A DNA stretch of 64,000 nucleotides from an uncultured Spirochaetota bacterium (GTDB lineage: Bacteria > Spirochaetota > Brevinematia > Brevinematales > JAOACQ01). Below, piece by piece: positions 18,461-27,359 of the stretch. The stretch spans positions 768,001 to 832,000 of the forward strand of contig CAVYGN010000001.1 of NCBI GenBank assembly GCA_963768055.1, given 5' to 3'. How positions within the stretch are numbered: the first letter of the stretch is position 1; the number at the start of each line of letters is the position of its first letter. Position numbers and translations under genes: made by a program. The notes beneath the pieces are model-generated. The model had not been told where the DNA came from and did not search any database. It saw nothing but the letters and a program-made list of their open reading frames with translations.

Positions 18461-21145
18461 TTAATTATAAAGTTTAATATGCATCAAAACCTGCTTCTTT
18501 AGAATAAGCCTGTTGACCGGGGAAATAAAAGACAGGCCGATAGCCAGGATCCATAGCCTTAAATCAAGGACCGGCACGGTTTTAAAAACAGTGCCAAGGG
18601 GTTTTATGTAGATGATAACCGGGATCAACGAAAGCATCAGCAGGCTGGATAAAAAAAGCAGGGGGTTCGGCCGCAGGAACTTGTCCTTGAGTTTACCATC
18701 CCTCAGGAAATAAATGGAAATTTGCGGTGAAATAAGCGTGACTGAAAAAGCTATGGTCCTTGCCATTTCCGCGCTTTTTGTCAGGCGGAAGGTTATTATA
18801 AATGAGAGCATGATGCACAAACCGAAAACAAAACCGTCCAGTACCATATTGAAATGTTCGGGAAAGGTGAGGAGAGGTTCGGCGGTTTTCACAGGTTTTT
18901 TTTTCATAATACTTTCATCCAAAGGGTCCATGCCGATTCCGACGCTTGGGAGGGATTCCATCACTATATTCGACAATAATATCTGAATGGGAACAAGCAC
19001 GGCAGGGTACCCGAAAAGCGGTGTGAAAAGAACCGCGATTACTTTGCCAATATTATTTGTGATCAGGTAGCGAACAAGCTTTTTAATGTTCCGGAAAAGT
19101 GTGCGGCCTTCCCCGATGGCTTTTATAATTACTTCCAGATTATCTTCTGCAAGAATCATATCCGCCGCTTCCTGGGCAACCTGGCTGCCGGAACGGCCCA
19201 TAGCTATACCGATATCGGAGGCTTTAAGAGCCGGAGCGTCGTTTACCCCGTCTCCAGTCATAGCTACCGTGTGGCCTTTCTCTCTAAGCTTTTCCACTAT
19301 TCTGAGTTTATCCAGCGGTGATACCCGGGAATAAACACTGAGATTCTCTACAATCGATGAGAACTTATTTTCATTCATTCCTTCAAGTTCATGGCCTTCG
19401 ATAATCTGATTTGGATCGGCGGCGATACCGACGCTTTCCGCTATAGAAAGTGCGGTTTTTCTGCCGTCCCCCGTAATCATGACGACCTGAATATTCGCTT
19501 CATGTGCGTTCTCGATCACCCTTTTTACCTCGTCCTTCGGAGGGTCGTAGAGGACTGCCGCTCCAAGGAATACGAGCCCTGACGCCATATTAGCCCCGAT
19601 TCTTTTATTCCAGTCCGGGGCCGGTTTTCTCGCGAAGACGATAATGCGGAATCCCTTTTCCGCCTTTTCCGATAGCTCGCTTAGTATATGCATGGCAAAA
19701 TGTTCATCGAGAGGTTTCTCCTTTTCATCGGAATAGTAACGGGAACAGAGCGGGAGTATCTTTTCGAGGGCTCCCTTCATATAATAATTTTTTTTACCCG
19801 ATGCGTCTCTAATAAGGCAGGCCGAGTACATTTTTTCAGATGAAAACGGTTCGCAGTCAAGGACTTTGAAGGTTTCGAAATTGTCAGGTTTGAATCCGAG
19901 AATAATACCGCTCTTTATTAGCGACGTCTCCGTCGGGTCTCCAATTTCCCTGACTAAATTACCGTCCTTCTCAATAACACGTGAACTAGAACACTTTACC
20001 GAAGTAAGGAAAATATCATGAATAGCGCCCGATTTGCCCTCGGATATCATTTTAAGAAGATCGGCGTTGACATAGAACCTGTTATTAATAAAATATTCCC
20101 TGACCGATATAATATGACGGGTGAGCGTTCCTGTTTTGTCCGTACATATGAAATCAACATTCCCAAGCGTTTCAACTGATGATAATTTTTTAATAATTAC
20201 GGATTTTTTAGCCATCCTTTCCACTGCAAACGCCATGGAAATTGTGATAGAGGCCGGCAATCCTTCAGGGAAAACCGCGACCATGATGCTGATGGCTAAG
20301 AGGACAGCCTCTTTTATCTCAAAGCTCCTTAAAATACTCACAAGAAGGATTAATATAGATGAAAATAAAGCAAGCCCTACAATGAATGAAATCTCCGAAT
20401 TCAGCCTTTTCTGGAGGGGAGTAGTTTTAACTTTGCCGATCCGGATTTTATCGGCTATTTTACCGATTTCGGAATTAAACCCGGTATTTATGATCAAGGC
20501 TTTTCCTTCACCCTTTAAAACTTTGCTTCCGGCAAAGAGGATGTTTTTCATTTCATACAGCTTAAATTCTTCTCCCTTCATGGACCTGGAGGTTTTCTCA
20601 ATCGGTATGCTTTCTCCCGTCAGGTGCGACTCGTCTACAAGAATGCTTTTAGCTTCGATAATCCGGGCATCGGCAGGGATTATATCCCCCGCTCCATATG
20701 TCAGGAGGTCGCCGGGTACAAGATATTTTGAGGAGATTACTTCCAGGTTTCCTTCCCTGATAACCTTTGATTGGGGGAAAAGGATTTTTTTAAGCTCTAT
20801 GACCGCTTTGTCAGCTTTTCTATCCTGGAAAATACTCAGGGTGGTGTTTATGATTATTACACCCATAATAGCCAGTGCGGAAGTCCAGTCTCTTATAATA
20901 AAAGCGAAGAGAGAGGCACCGATCAGCACTGTCCCCATGGGATCGAAAAGGCTTTTCAGCATCTGGTTGAAGAATCCCTTTCCCCTTTCCGTTTCGAATT
21001 CATTAAAGCCGTTTTCCTCAACTAATTTTTTCACTGTTACGTTATCAAGACCGTCCTTTGAAGACGATAGAAACCTGTAGGCTGTACTGACGCTGAGCGA
21101 AGAAATTGAAGTCAAATCATGATACATGCAGTTTCCTTCAATCAA
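18461..21145 (-). CDS. type II cation-transporting P-type ATPase
   Basis: TGES, PEGLP, phosphorylation motif DKTGT, MTGDGVNDAPALK. Confidence 0.95.
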   Translation of the reverse strand: MIEGNCMYHDLTSISSLSVSTAYRFLSSSKDGLDNVTVKKLVEENGFNEFETERGKGFFNQMLKSLFDPMGTVLIGASLFAFIIRDWTSALAIMGVIIINTTLSIFQDRKADKAVIELKKILFPQSKVIREGNLEVISSKYLVPGDLLTYGAGDIIPADARIIEAKSILVDESHLTGESIPIEKTSRSMKGEEFKLYEMKNILFAGSKVLKGEGKALIINTGFNSEIGKIADKIRIGKVKTTPLQKRLNSEISFIVGLALFSSILILLVSILRSFEIKEAVLLAISIMVAVFPEGLPASITISMAFAVERMAKKSVIIKKLSSVETLGNVDFICTDKTGTLTRHIISVREYFINNRFYVNADLLKMISEGKSGAIHDIFLTSVKCSSSRVIEKDGNLVREIGDPTETSLIKSGIILGFKPDNFETFKVLDCEPFSSEKMYSACLIRDASGKKNYYMKGALEKILPLCSRYYSDEKEKPLDEHFAMHILSELSEKAEKGFRIIVFARKPAPDWNKRIGANMASGLVFLGAAVLYDPPKDEVKRVIENAHEANIQVVMITGDGRKTALSIAESVGIAADPNQIIEGHELEGMNENKFSSIVENLSVYSRVSPLDKLRIVEKLREKGHTVAMTGDGVNDAPALKASDIGIAMGRSGSQVAQEAADMILAEDNLEVIIKAIGEGRTLFRNIKKLVRYLITNNIGKVIAVLFTPLFGYPAVLVPIQILLSNIVMESLPSVGIGMDPLDESIMKKKPVKTAEPLLTFPEHFNMVLDGFVFGLCIMLSFIITFRLTKSAEMARTIAFSVTLISPQISIYFLRDGKLKDKFLRPNPLLFLSSLLMLSLIPVIIYIKPLGTVFKTVPVLDLRLWILAIGLSFISPVNRLILKKQVLMHIKLYN

Positions 21146-22023
21146 CTATGGCTCTGGCAGAGATTGTCACCTGCATGGTATTTCTCTGTCTCGGGCTGGA
21201 ATAGAATATGCGTAATACCGAAATCGACCAGTTCGCACCTTAGATCTTCCAATAGGGTTTCAATTTGTTCAAGGGAGTATATTTTATCGAGAACAATATG
21301 TGCCGAAAACATCATATCTTTTGACGAAGGCTGAATTATATGAATGTCATGAATACTTTTTATTTCTTTATGTGAGAGTATTTTTTTTATAATATCGTTC
21401 AAATTTTCATTTCCTGCGTCCATAAGGCTTAAAAATGTCCTTTTGAGGATCTTTAAAGACCATAATAAAATAAACAGGGAAAATATTATTGAAACCAGGG
21501 GATCTATTATTGAAACTCCGAAAATCGAAATAAGGATTCCCCCCGCGACTACCCCCGCGGACAGCCCGGCGTCGCTTATCAGGTGAAGATATGAAGCTGC
21601 GATATTCATATTCTCGTTTTCATGAACTTTTCCGTTATTCCGGAAGAGAAGGGCTGATAAAAGGTTAACCGCGAAGGCCGCTGCGGCGGCTGTAATCATA
21701 TAGAAACTGTTTACAGGGGATGGCGTAAAAAGCCTTTTCACGGCTTCGAAGATAATGAAAACCATTGAAAGAAATAAAAAGAGGGAATGAACGAATCCAG
21801 CCATCATTTCCGACCTTATATATCCGAAGGTCATTTCCGGGGTAGCCTTCCTGGTGCTGTAAATAAACGCTATCAGGGCTATAGTTAGAGATAAAACATC
21901 TCCGAGGTTATGAAAAGCGTCGGTAATAAGGGACATTGAATTTGACAGGAGACCGAAAAAGAATTCGCCGATTACAATTACAACATTCAGGGAGATTGCG
22001 CTAAAAAAGCGTAACCTTGTCAT
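21142..22023 (-). CDS. cation diffusion facilitator (CzcD/ZitB-like)
   Basis: S.SL..DA.HN..D and YLH...D (HD-HD metal site); T.G..R.E; HDIH C-terminal domain. Confidence 0.92.
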   Translation of the reverse strand: MTRLRFFSAISLNVVIVIGEFFFGLLSNSMSLITDAFHNLGDVLSLTIALIAFIYSTRKATPEMTFGYIRSEMMAGFVHSLFLFLSMVFIIFEAVKRLFTPSPVNSFYMITAAAAAFAVNLLSALLFRNNGKVHENENMNIAASYLHLISDAGLSAGVVAGGILISIFGVSIIDPLVSIIFSLFILLWSLKILKRTFLSLMDAGNENLNDIIKKILSHKEIKSIHDIHIIQPSSKDMMFSAHIVLDKIYSLEQIETLLEDLRCELVDFGITHILFQPETEKYHAGDNLCQSHS

Positions 22024-22029
22024 GGTTTT

Positions 22030-22356
22030 TTATTTTACTAATGAAATATTGTCGACAATCTGGAAAAATTCGTTAAGCCTGAAAGTGAAAAAAAGGTCCT
22101 TGATGTCTTTGTTAAGCCCTACTATGAAGAGTTTTCCGTTCAGGTCCGAGAGCCTTTTATAAGCTAAAAGAAGCTTGCCGATGCCGCTTGACCCGATGAA
22201 TATCATATCGGAAAAATCGATTATTATTTCCCTTTTGCCGTCGTCAATGAGTGTTGTGAGTATCTCTTTAAAGTCCCTGGCATCGGGATCCGTAACTAAA
22301 TTTTCCTTGATCTTCAGTAAGGTTTTGCCCTTGTAATCCGATATTTCGTATTTCAT
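22030..22356 (-). CDS. STAS domain anti-sigma factor antagonist
   Basis: IIDFS.M.FIGSSGIG.L motif, 108 aa. Confidence 0.9.
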   Translation of the reverse strand: MKYEISDYKGKTLLKIKENLVTDPDARDFKEILTTLIDDGKREIIIDFSDMIFIGSSGIGKLLLAYKRLSDLNGKLFIVGLNKDIKDLFFTFRLNEFFQIVDNISLVK

Positions 22357-22449
22357 TTTGATCTCCCGGTTATTTATTTATAAATACCAGATATCATATG
22401 AGATTTTTCGAATAAATGCAAGTTCATTTTGATTTAATATTCATTCGCT

Positions 22450-23997
22450 TTAATGCCTGAAATGCCTGATTCCTGTGAAGGCCATTGAGATGCCATGCTC
22501 ATCAGCCGCCCGGATCGTTTCTTCGTCCCTTACTGAACCGCCCGGCTGAACAATGGCGCCGATCCCGCTTGCTGCGGCGCTGTCTATGCTGTCCCTGAAT
22601 GGGAAATATGCGTCGGAAGCCATAACCGAGCCCTTTGCGTCGAAACCGGATTCTCCGGCCTTAATAAGGGCCAGTCGGGCCGAATCTACCCTTGACATCT
22701 GTCCGGCCCCGATGCCGATAGTTTGCTTGTCTTTTACATATACTATAGCGTTGGATTTCACATATTTGCATATTTTAAAAGCGAATTTGAGATCGGACAA
22801 TTCCTGTTCGGACGGTCTTTTTTTTGTTACGATCTCCCATTTTTCTTCCATACCCCCGCCGGTGTCCCATTCCTGTACGAGCATGCCGCCTTCAATGCGC
22901 CTGTATGACATTCCCCTTTTTTTCCAGTCGTTTCCGTTCAGCTTCAATATGCGCAGATTTTTTCTCCCCTCCAGAATCCTTACCGCTTCATCCTCATAAT
23001 CGGGAGCGATTACTATCTCATAAAACCTTTCCCCTATCTTTGATGCGGTCCGGGCATCCATTTTTTTATTGAATCCTATTATTCCGCCGAAAGCGGATGA
23101 GGGGTCGCAGGCCAGCGCCCTCTCGTAAGCGTTGCAAAGGTCCTCCGATAAAGCCGATCCGCAGGGATTCGAATGCTTGATGATAACGGCGAAAGGGCCC
23201 TCGCCGGAGAATTCCCTTAATATATCGATGCATGCGTCGGCGTCAAGAAAGTTATTGTAAGACATTTCCTTGCCCCAGAGGATCGCTGCCCCGGGTGCTG
23301 ATATGTTATCATCGACGTAGCTCCTGTACAGCATTGCTTTCTGGTGGGGATTTTCACCGTACCTGAGAGACTGTTTTATTTTAAGCGGAAGGCCGAATTC
23401 CGCGGGAAATTGCCTGACCGCCAGCCGGTTGAAGTAAGTGGATATAAACGAGTCATAATACGCGGTAAGGCTGAAAGCCTTGGCGGCAAGTTCAATACGG
23501 GTTTCCCGGGACAGAAACCCCTTTTCATTTATCTCGTTAATTATTCTTTCGAAATCGCCGTTGTCCACGATAACAGCTACGTCCTGGAAGTTTTTAGCCG
23601 CGGCCCTTATGAGTGCGACGCCGCCTATATCGATCTGTTCGATAATTTGATCAAAAGAAGATTTTGAATTTTGGACCGTCTCTTCGAAGGGATAGAGATT
23701 AACAACTACATAATCGATCGGCGGAATGTCATGATTTTGCAATTCGGAGATATGGTCAGGCTTGGAACGGACTGCAAGAATCCCGGCATGGATAGCCGGA
23801 TGAAGGGTTTTGACCCTCCCATCGAGGATCTCGGGAAAACCGGTGGCTGAAGACACCTCCGTAACTTTTACTTTATGCTCCCTCAGGTACTTGAAAGTTC
23901 CGCCCGTAGAAAGGATTTCGAAGCCTTTTTCCTGCAGAAAGAGTGCGAATTTTTCAGACCCTTCTTTATGATATAAACTGAAAAGAGCCCTTTTCAT
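22450..23997 (-). CDS. purH: AICAR transformylase / IMP cyclohydrolase
   Basis: [34 protein letters not shown]. Confidence 0.98.
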   Translation of the reverse strand: MKRALFSLYHKEGSEKFALFLQEKGFEILSTGGTFKYLREHKVKVTEVSSATGFPEILDGRVKTLHPAIHAGILAVRSKPDHISELQNHDIPPIDYVVVNLYPFEETVQNSKSSFDQIIEQIDIGGVALIRAAAKNFQDVAVIVDNGDFERIINEINEKGFLSRETRIELAAKAFSLTAYYDSFISTYFNRLAVRQFPAEFGLPLKIKQSLRYGENPHQKAMLYRSYVDDNISAPGAAILWGKEMSYNNFLDADACIDILREFSGEGPFAVIIKHSNPCGSALSEDLCNAYERALACDPSSAFGGIIGFNKKMDARTASKIGERFYEIVIAPDYEDEAVRILEGRKNLRILKLNGNDWKKRGMSYRRIEGGMLVQEWDTGGGMEEKWEIVTKKRPSEQELSDLKFAFKICKYVKSNAIVYVKDKQTIGIGAGQMSRVDSARLALIKAGESGFDAKGSVMASDAYFPFRDSIDSAAASGIGAIVQPGGSVRDEETIRAADEHGISMAFTGIRHFRH

Positions 23998-24250
23998 AAA
24001 TACCCCTAAACATTTAATGGTTGTATTAAATTTGTAAATTTTATGTAAAATTATAGCTGATGTTGTGACTTAACGCAAAGAGTACAAAGATTTTTTACAT
24101 GAGCCGCAGGGAGAATTTCAAACAGGCCGGGTGATCGTTTGAGATAAATATCCTTGGAAATTTCATTGGTCCATCGGGCCAGAATAATAGGAAAATCCTG
24201 AATGCGGGTATTGATAGCAGAATGATCCGAACTGCCGCGTTTCATAATTA

Positions 24251-25012
24251 TTACAGGATATTCCGTCTGTTCCCGGAATGCACTGTGAAATATTTTCTAA
24301 TTTTGTTAAAATCAATTATCAACAAAGGAAACCATACTAAATATAAAGTACCGGCAATTACCATTATATACGAGGCGATTTTTTCAAAAAACAAACTAAC
24401 AAAAATATGTATTAAGTCAAGGGAAAATGTAACAATACCTATAATTCCCGTAATTTTTTTAAATAGTTTACCTTTAATCATTAATATTGAATATAATATT
24501 GCACATATTTGAATTATTATTCCGCTTAATACTGTTCCTGTGCTACGCCACATATCCGATACTCTTAATGTTTCTCCTATAATCAGTAAATTTTTCTTTA
24601 TAATTTCATTTTGTTCATTTTTATATCTATGACTTAATTCCATCATTTGAAAAATGTTTGCCGTCGAAAGAAATAAGGTGAAACCGATAATCAGAAATAT
24701 TAAGAGCAGGTTATTTATTTCGTCATTTTCATACTCCGTTTTTAAAATTCGGGATATTGAATAAAACATAATTAAATATAATGGCATGACCATAACAGTA
24801 AGAATATCAAGTCGAATTAGTCCCAGAAAATAATTTTTATTTAATAATTCAAATACATCAGCAATACTATCGGGCAATGCCCCCAAGATCATGGTTTGGA
24901 TAAGTGTCTCTATTGAATATACGAGAAATACAACCGATGTAACTATTCCAAATAGAGCTAAAGTTTTAATATTCCGATTCAGAGTAAAATCGTTATTCGT
25001 TTTAATCGCCAT
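24251..25012 (-). CDS. DUF4386-like membrane protein
   Basis: Multi-pass hydrophobic 253 aa, AT-rich; family assignment by general resemblance only. Confidence 0.65.
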   Translation of the reverse strand: MAIKTNNDFTLNRNIKTLALFGIVTSVVFLVYSIETLIQTMILGALPDSIADVFELLNKNYFLGLIRLDILTVMVMPLYLIMFYSISRILKTEYENDEINNLLLIFLIIGFTLFLSTANIFQMMELSHRYKNEQNEIIKKNLLIIGETLRVSDMWRSTGTVLSGIIIQICAILYSILMIKGKLFKKITGIIGIVTFSLDLIHIFVSLFFEKIASYIMVIAGTLYLVWFPLLIIDFNKIRKYFTVHSGNRRNIL

Positions 25013-25073
25013 AAATTTCTTCCTTATCTTCCAGAATTATAAAACTCCGTGACTCCGTGTAAATTCTCACTCG

Positions 25074-25946
25074 TTATTTCATGTTAATATTTGAAATATC
25101 CTCAAGTACAATTTCACCCCCGGCTAAAGAAGATCTTATAGTAAGCCTTCTGTCCGAATCCTCCACCATGGCGGTCGATCCTTTTAAAAAAGCGCCCATC
25201 AGCCTGTTCAGGAACGGGTCTGCCAGGGCATAACTGAATTCGCTTACATTGAAAGAACCGGCCTTGGTCCGGATAGTTTCCTTCGATAAAAATTTCCAGG
25301 AAATAATCATGGGTTCCTTCATGATCTCAGGGAGTATAGTGAGATAAATTCCTCCTCTTTGTATATCAAGGAAGCGGGGGATAAACCCTGTACCGGACCA
25401 CATGCTCATAGAAGGGATACTGGTATTAACTTTTACATGGTATCTGCTTTCGTTCGTCACATTGCCCTTCAATAATTTCGATGTATATTCCACTTCGCCC
25501 TTTTCACGCTGCAGCTTATAATGCCAGTAAATAAGGCCGCCCCCTTTCACCCAGTTTTTTGAATTTTCGGGGGTCAGATTTCCTTCGGATTCGATCACCG
25601 AACCGAGTTTCGGGTCTATTGTGAAATATGCCGGCCATTTTAAGTAAGAATCGGGCTTTTGCTGATTTTCCTCGGTTGTAATTAAATTAAAATAAATACG
25701 GTAATAAATCCCGCCGTCAACAGAGGCGACCTTTTTTGTTACAAAATAATAATCCCCTTCCCTTTCTCCGAGAGAATAAGAACCGTAATGAAGGAACTCC
25801 CCGTCGGGGATGTTAATAACATTATATATCTTCATAGGGATCTTTTGTATTTTACCGCCCATAGTACAGGAGATTGCGGTAAAAAATGTTATTATCAGCA
25901 TCATCCCGGTTAAAGATTTTAAATACCCGGTCATATCAGGCTCCAT
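25074..25946 (-). CDS. hypothetical lipoprotein, paralog of 6778-7641
   Basis: Lipobox-like TAISC; shared blocks GEFLHY, PEI.KEP, DPFL.RL, VEDS.RRL. Confidence 0.85.
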   Translation of the reverse strand: MEPDMTGYLKSLTGMMLIITFFTAISCTMGGKIQKIPMKIYNVINIPDGEFLHYGSYSLGEREGDYYFVTKKVASVDGGIYYRIYFNLITTEENQQKPDSYLKWPAYFTIDPKLGSVIESEGNLTPENSKNWVKGGGLIYWHYKLQREKGEVEYTSKLLKGNVTNESRYHVKVNTSIPSMSMWSGTGFIPRFLDIQRGGIYLTILPEIMKEPMIISWKFLSKETIRTKAGSFNVSEFSYALADPFLNRLMGAFLKGSTAMVEDSDRRLTIRSSLAGGEIVLEDISNINMK

Positions 25947-26070
25947 ATTTTAAAATCTAAAAAATATACCACTTTTTTACTCCGGAAGCAACTTTATGGG
26001 CATACCTTAAAATCAACATTGATAAAATTTGAGAGGGATATGAATTTGTTGTATCATTAAACGGGAATAT

Positions 26071-26135
26071 CTACTCGAAGGGCCGAAGGTTGTGCCCGAA
26101 GGGTACTTGTGCCTGAAGGGTATGTGCTTCGGGGG
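26071..26135. repeat. tandem TGCCCGAAGGGTA-type units
   Basis: TGTGCCCGAAGGGTAC / TTGTGCCTGAAGGGTA / TGTGCTTCGGGGG at about 16-nt period, preceded by CTCGAAGGGCCGAAGG. Confidence 0.75.
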
Positions 26136-26140
26136 TTAAA

Positions 26141-27328
26141 ATGAGAACAAAAATGGACCCTGCTGTGAAAAAAGCCATGGGCGTCATCGTGCTTTTCGGC
26201 GTCGTAAGCCTTTTCGGTGATATCGTTTATGAAGGGGCCAGAAGCGTCAACGGCCCTTTTTTAAAAACTCTCAGCGCGAACGCGGTTATGGTCGGATTTA
26301 TTGCAGGGCTGGGGGAACTTATAGGTTACGGTATCCGCCTTGTTTCAGGTTATTTTGCCGACCGGACGAGGGCTTACTGGATATTTACCTTTATCGGTTA
26401 CGGGCTTCTTATTTCAGTGCCTCTGCTTGCATTGACAGACTTCTGGCAGATGGCGGCGGTCCTTATTGTACTTGAAAGGCTTGGAAAAGCCCTGAGAGCG
26501 CCCGCAAAAGATACTATAATGTCGCAAGCGGCCAGCCGTGTCGGGCGGGGTTTCGGGTTCGGACTTCAGCAGGCGATGGACCAGATCGGCGCAATTATAG
26601 GCCCGCTTATCTTTACATTGGTTTTCTACTTTAAGGGAAGTTATAAAACCGGTTATACGATTTTGTGGATTCCATTCGTCCTTGTAATGGTCAGCGTGTT
26701 CATAGCGTTTCTTGCGCTTCCTGATCCCGGCAAACTTGAGGAAAATCAGGCCGGCCAGGCAAAAATCCCGGAAAAATTCACAAAAGTTTTCTGGTTTTAT
26801 AACCTTTTCGCTTTTTTATCGATACTCGGCTTTGTCAATTTCACTCTTCTAGGTTACCATTATAAATCGACGGGCATCCTTCCTGATGCCTATATCCCGC
26901 TATTTTATTCTGTAGCAATGGGCGTCGATGCGGTTACAGCGCTGATAATCGGAAGATTATACGACCGGAAAGGCCTTATTACTCTAATTGCTATTCCCGT
27001 AGCCTGCGCAGCGGTCCCTGTCCTTGCTTTCGCGGGGAGTCCCGGATTTGCTGTTGCGGGGGCGGTTCTCTGGGGAGTGGCGATGGGTGTTCATGACACT
27101 ATCATGAAGGCGGCTATTGCCGATCTGACACACATCAGGAAAAGGGGAACCGGTTACGGCATCTTTAATATCGGCAACGGGCTGGCATTTTTCCTTGGCA
27201 GTTCCCTGATGGGTTATCTTTATAATTTCAACGTTATCTGGATTATCATTTTCTGCGCCGCTATGGAAATATTATCTATACCGGTATTTATTCTGATGAG
27301 GAAGGAAGCGGCGAAAAGCCTGGTATGA
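26141..27328 (+). CDS. MFS transporter
   Basis: About 12 TM; motif A variants SGYFADRT and GRLYDRKG; ERLGKA.R.PA.D. Confidence 0.92.
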   Translation: MRTKMDPAVKKAMGVIVLFGVVSLFGDIVYEGARSVNGPFLKTLSANAVMVGFIAGLGELIGYGIRLVSGYFADRTRAYWIFTFIGYGLLISVPLLALTDFWQMAAVLIVLERLGKALRAPAKDTIMSQAASRVGRGFGFGLQQAMDQIGAIIGPLIFTLVFYFKGSYKTGYTILWIPFVLVMVSVFIAFLALPDPGKLEENQAGQAKIPEKFTKVFWFYNLFAFLSILGFVNFTLLGYHYKSTGILPDAYIPLFYSVAMGVDAVTALIIGRLYDRKGLITLIAIPVACAAVPVLAFAGSPGFAVAGAVLWGVAMGVHDTIMKAAIADLTHIRKRGTGYGIFNIGNGLAFFLGSSLMGYLYNFNVIWIIIFCAAMEILSIPVFILMRKEAAKSLV

Positions 27329-27359
27329 AATTTCTAAATAATGGAGATAATTTACTTTT

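Noticed and set aside
20121..21080. 319-aa plus-strand ORF and other long antisense ORFs (33404-34141, 35741-36472, 31176-31745)
   Set aside because: They are shadows on the opposite strand of well-supported genes and have no recognisable motifs.
24051..24245. 64-aa ORF between the DUF4386-like gene and purH
   Set aside because: No convincing RBS or motif, and it ends in a repeat-like sequence.
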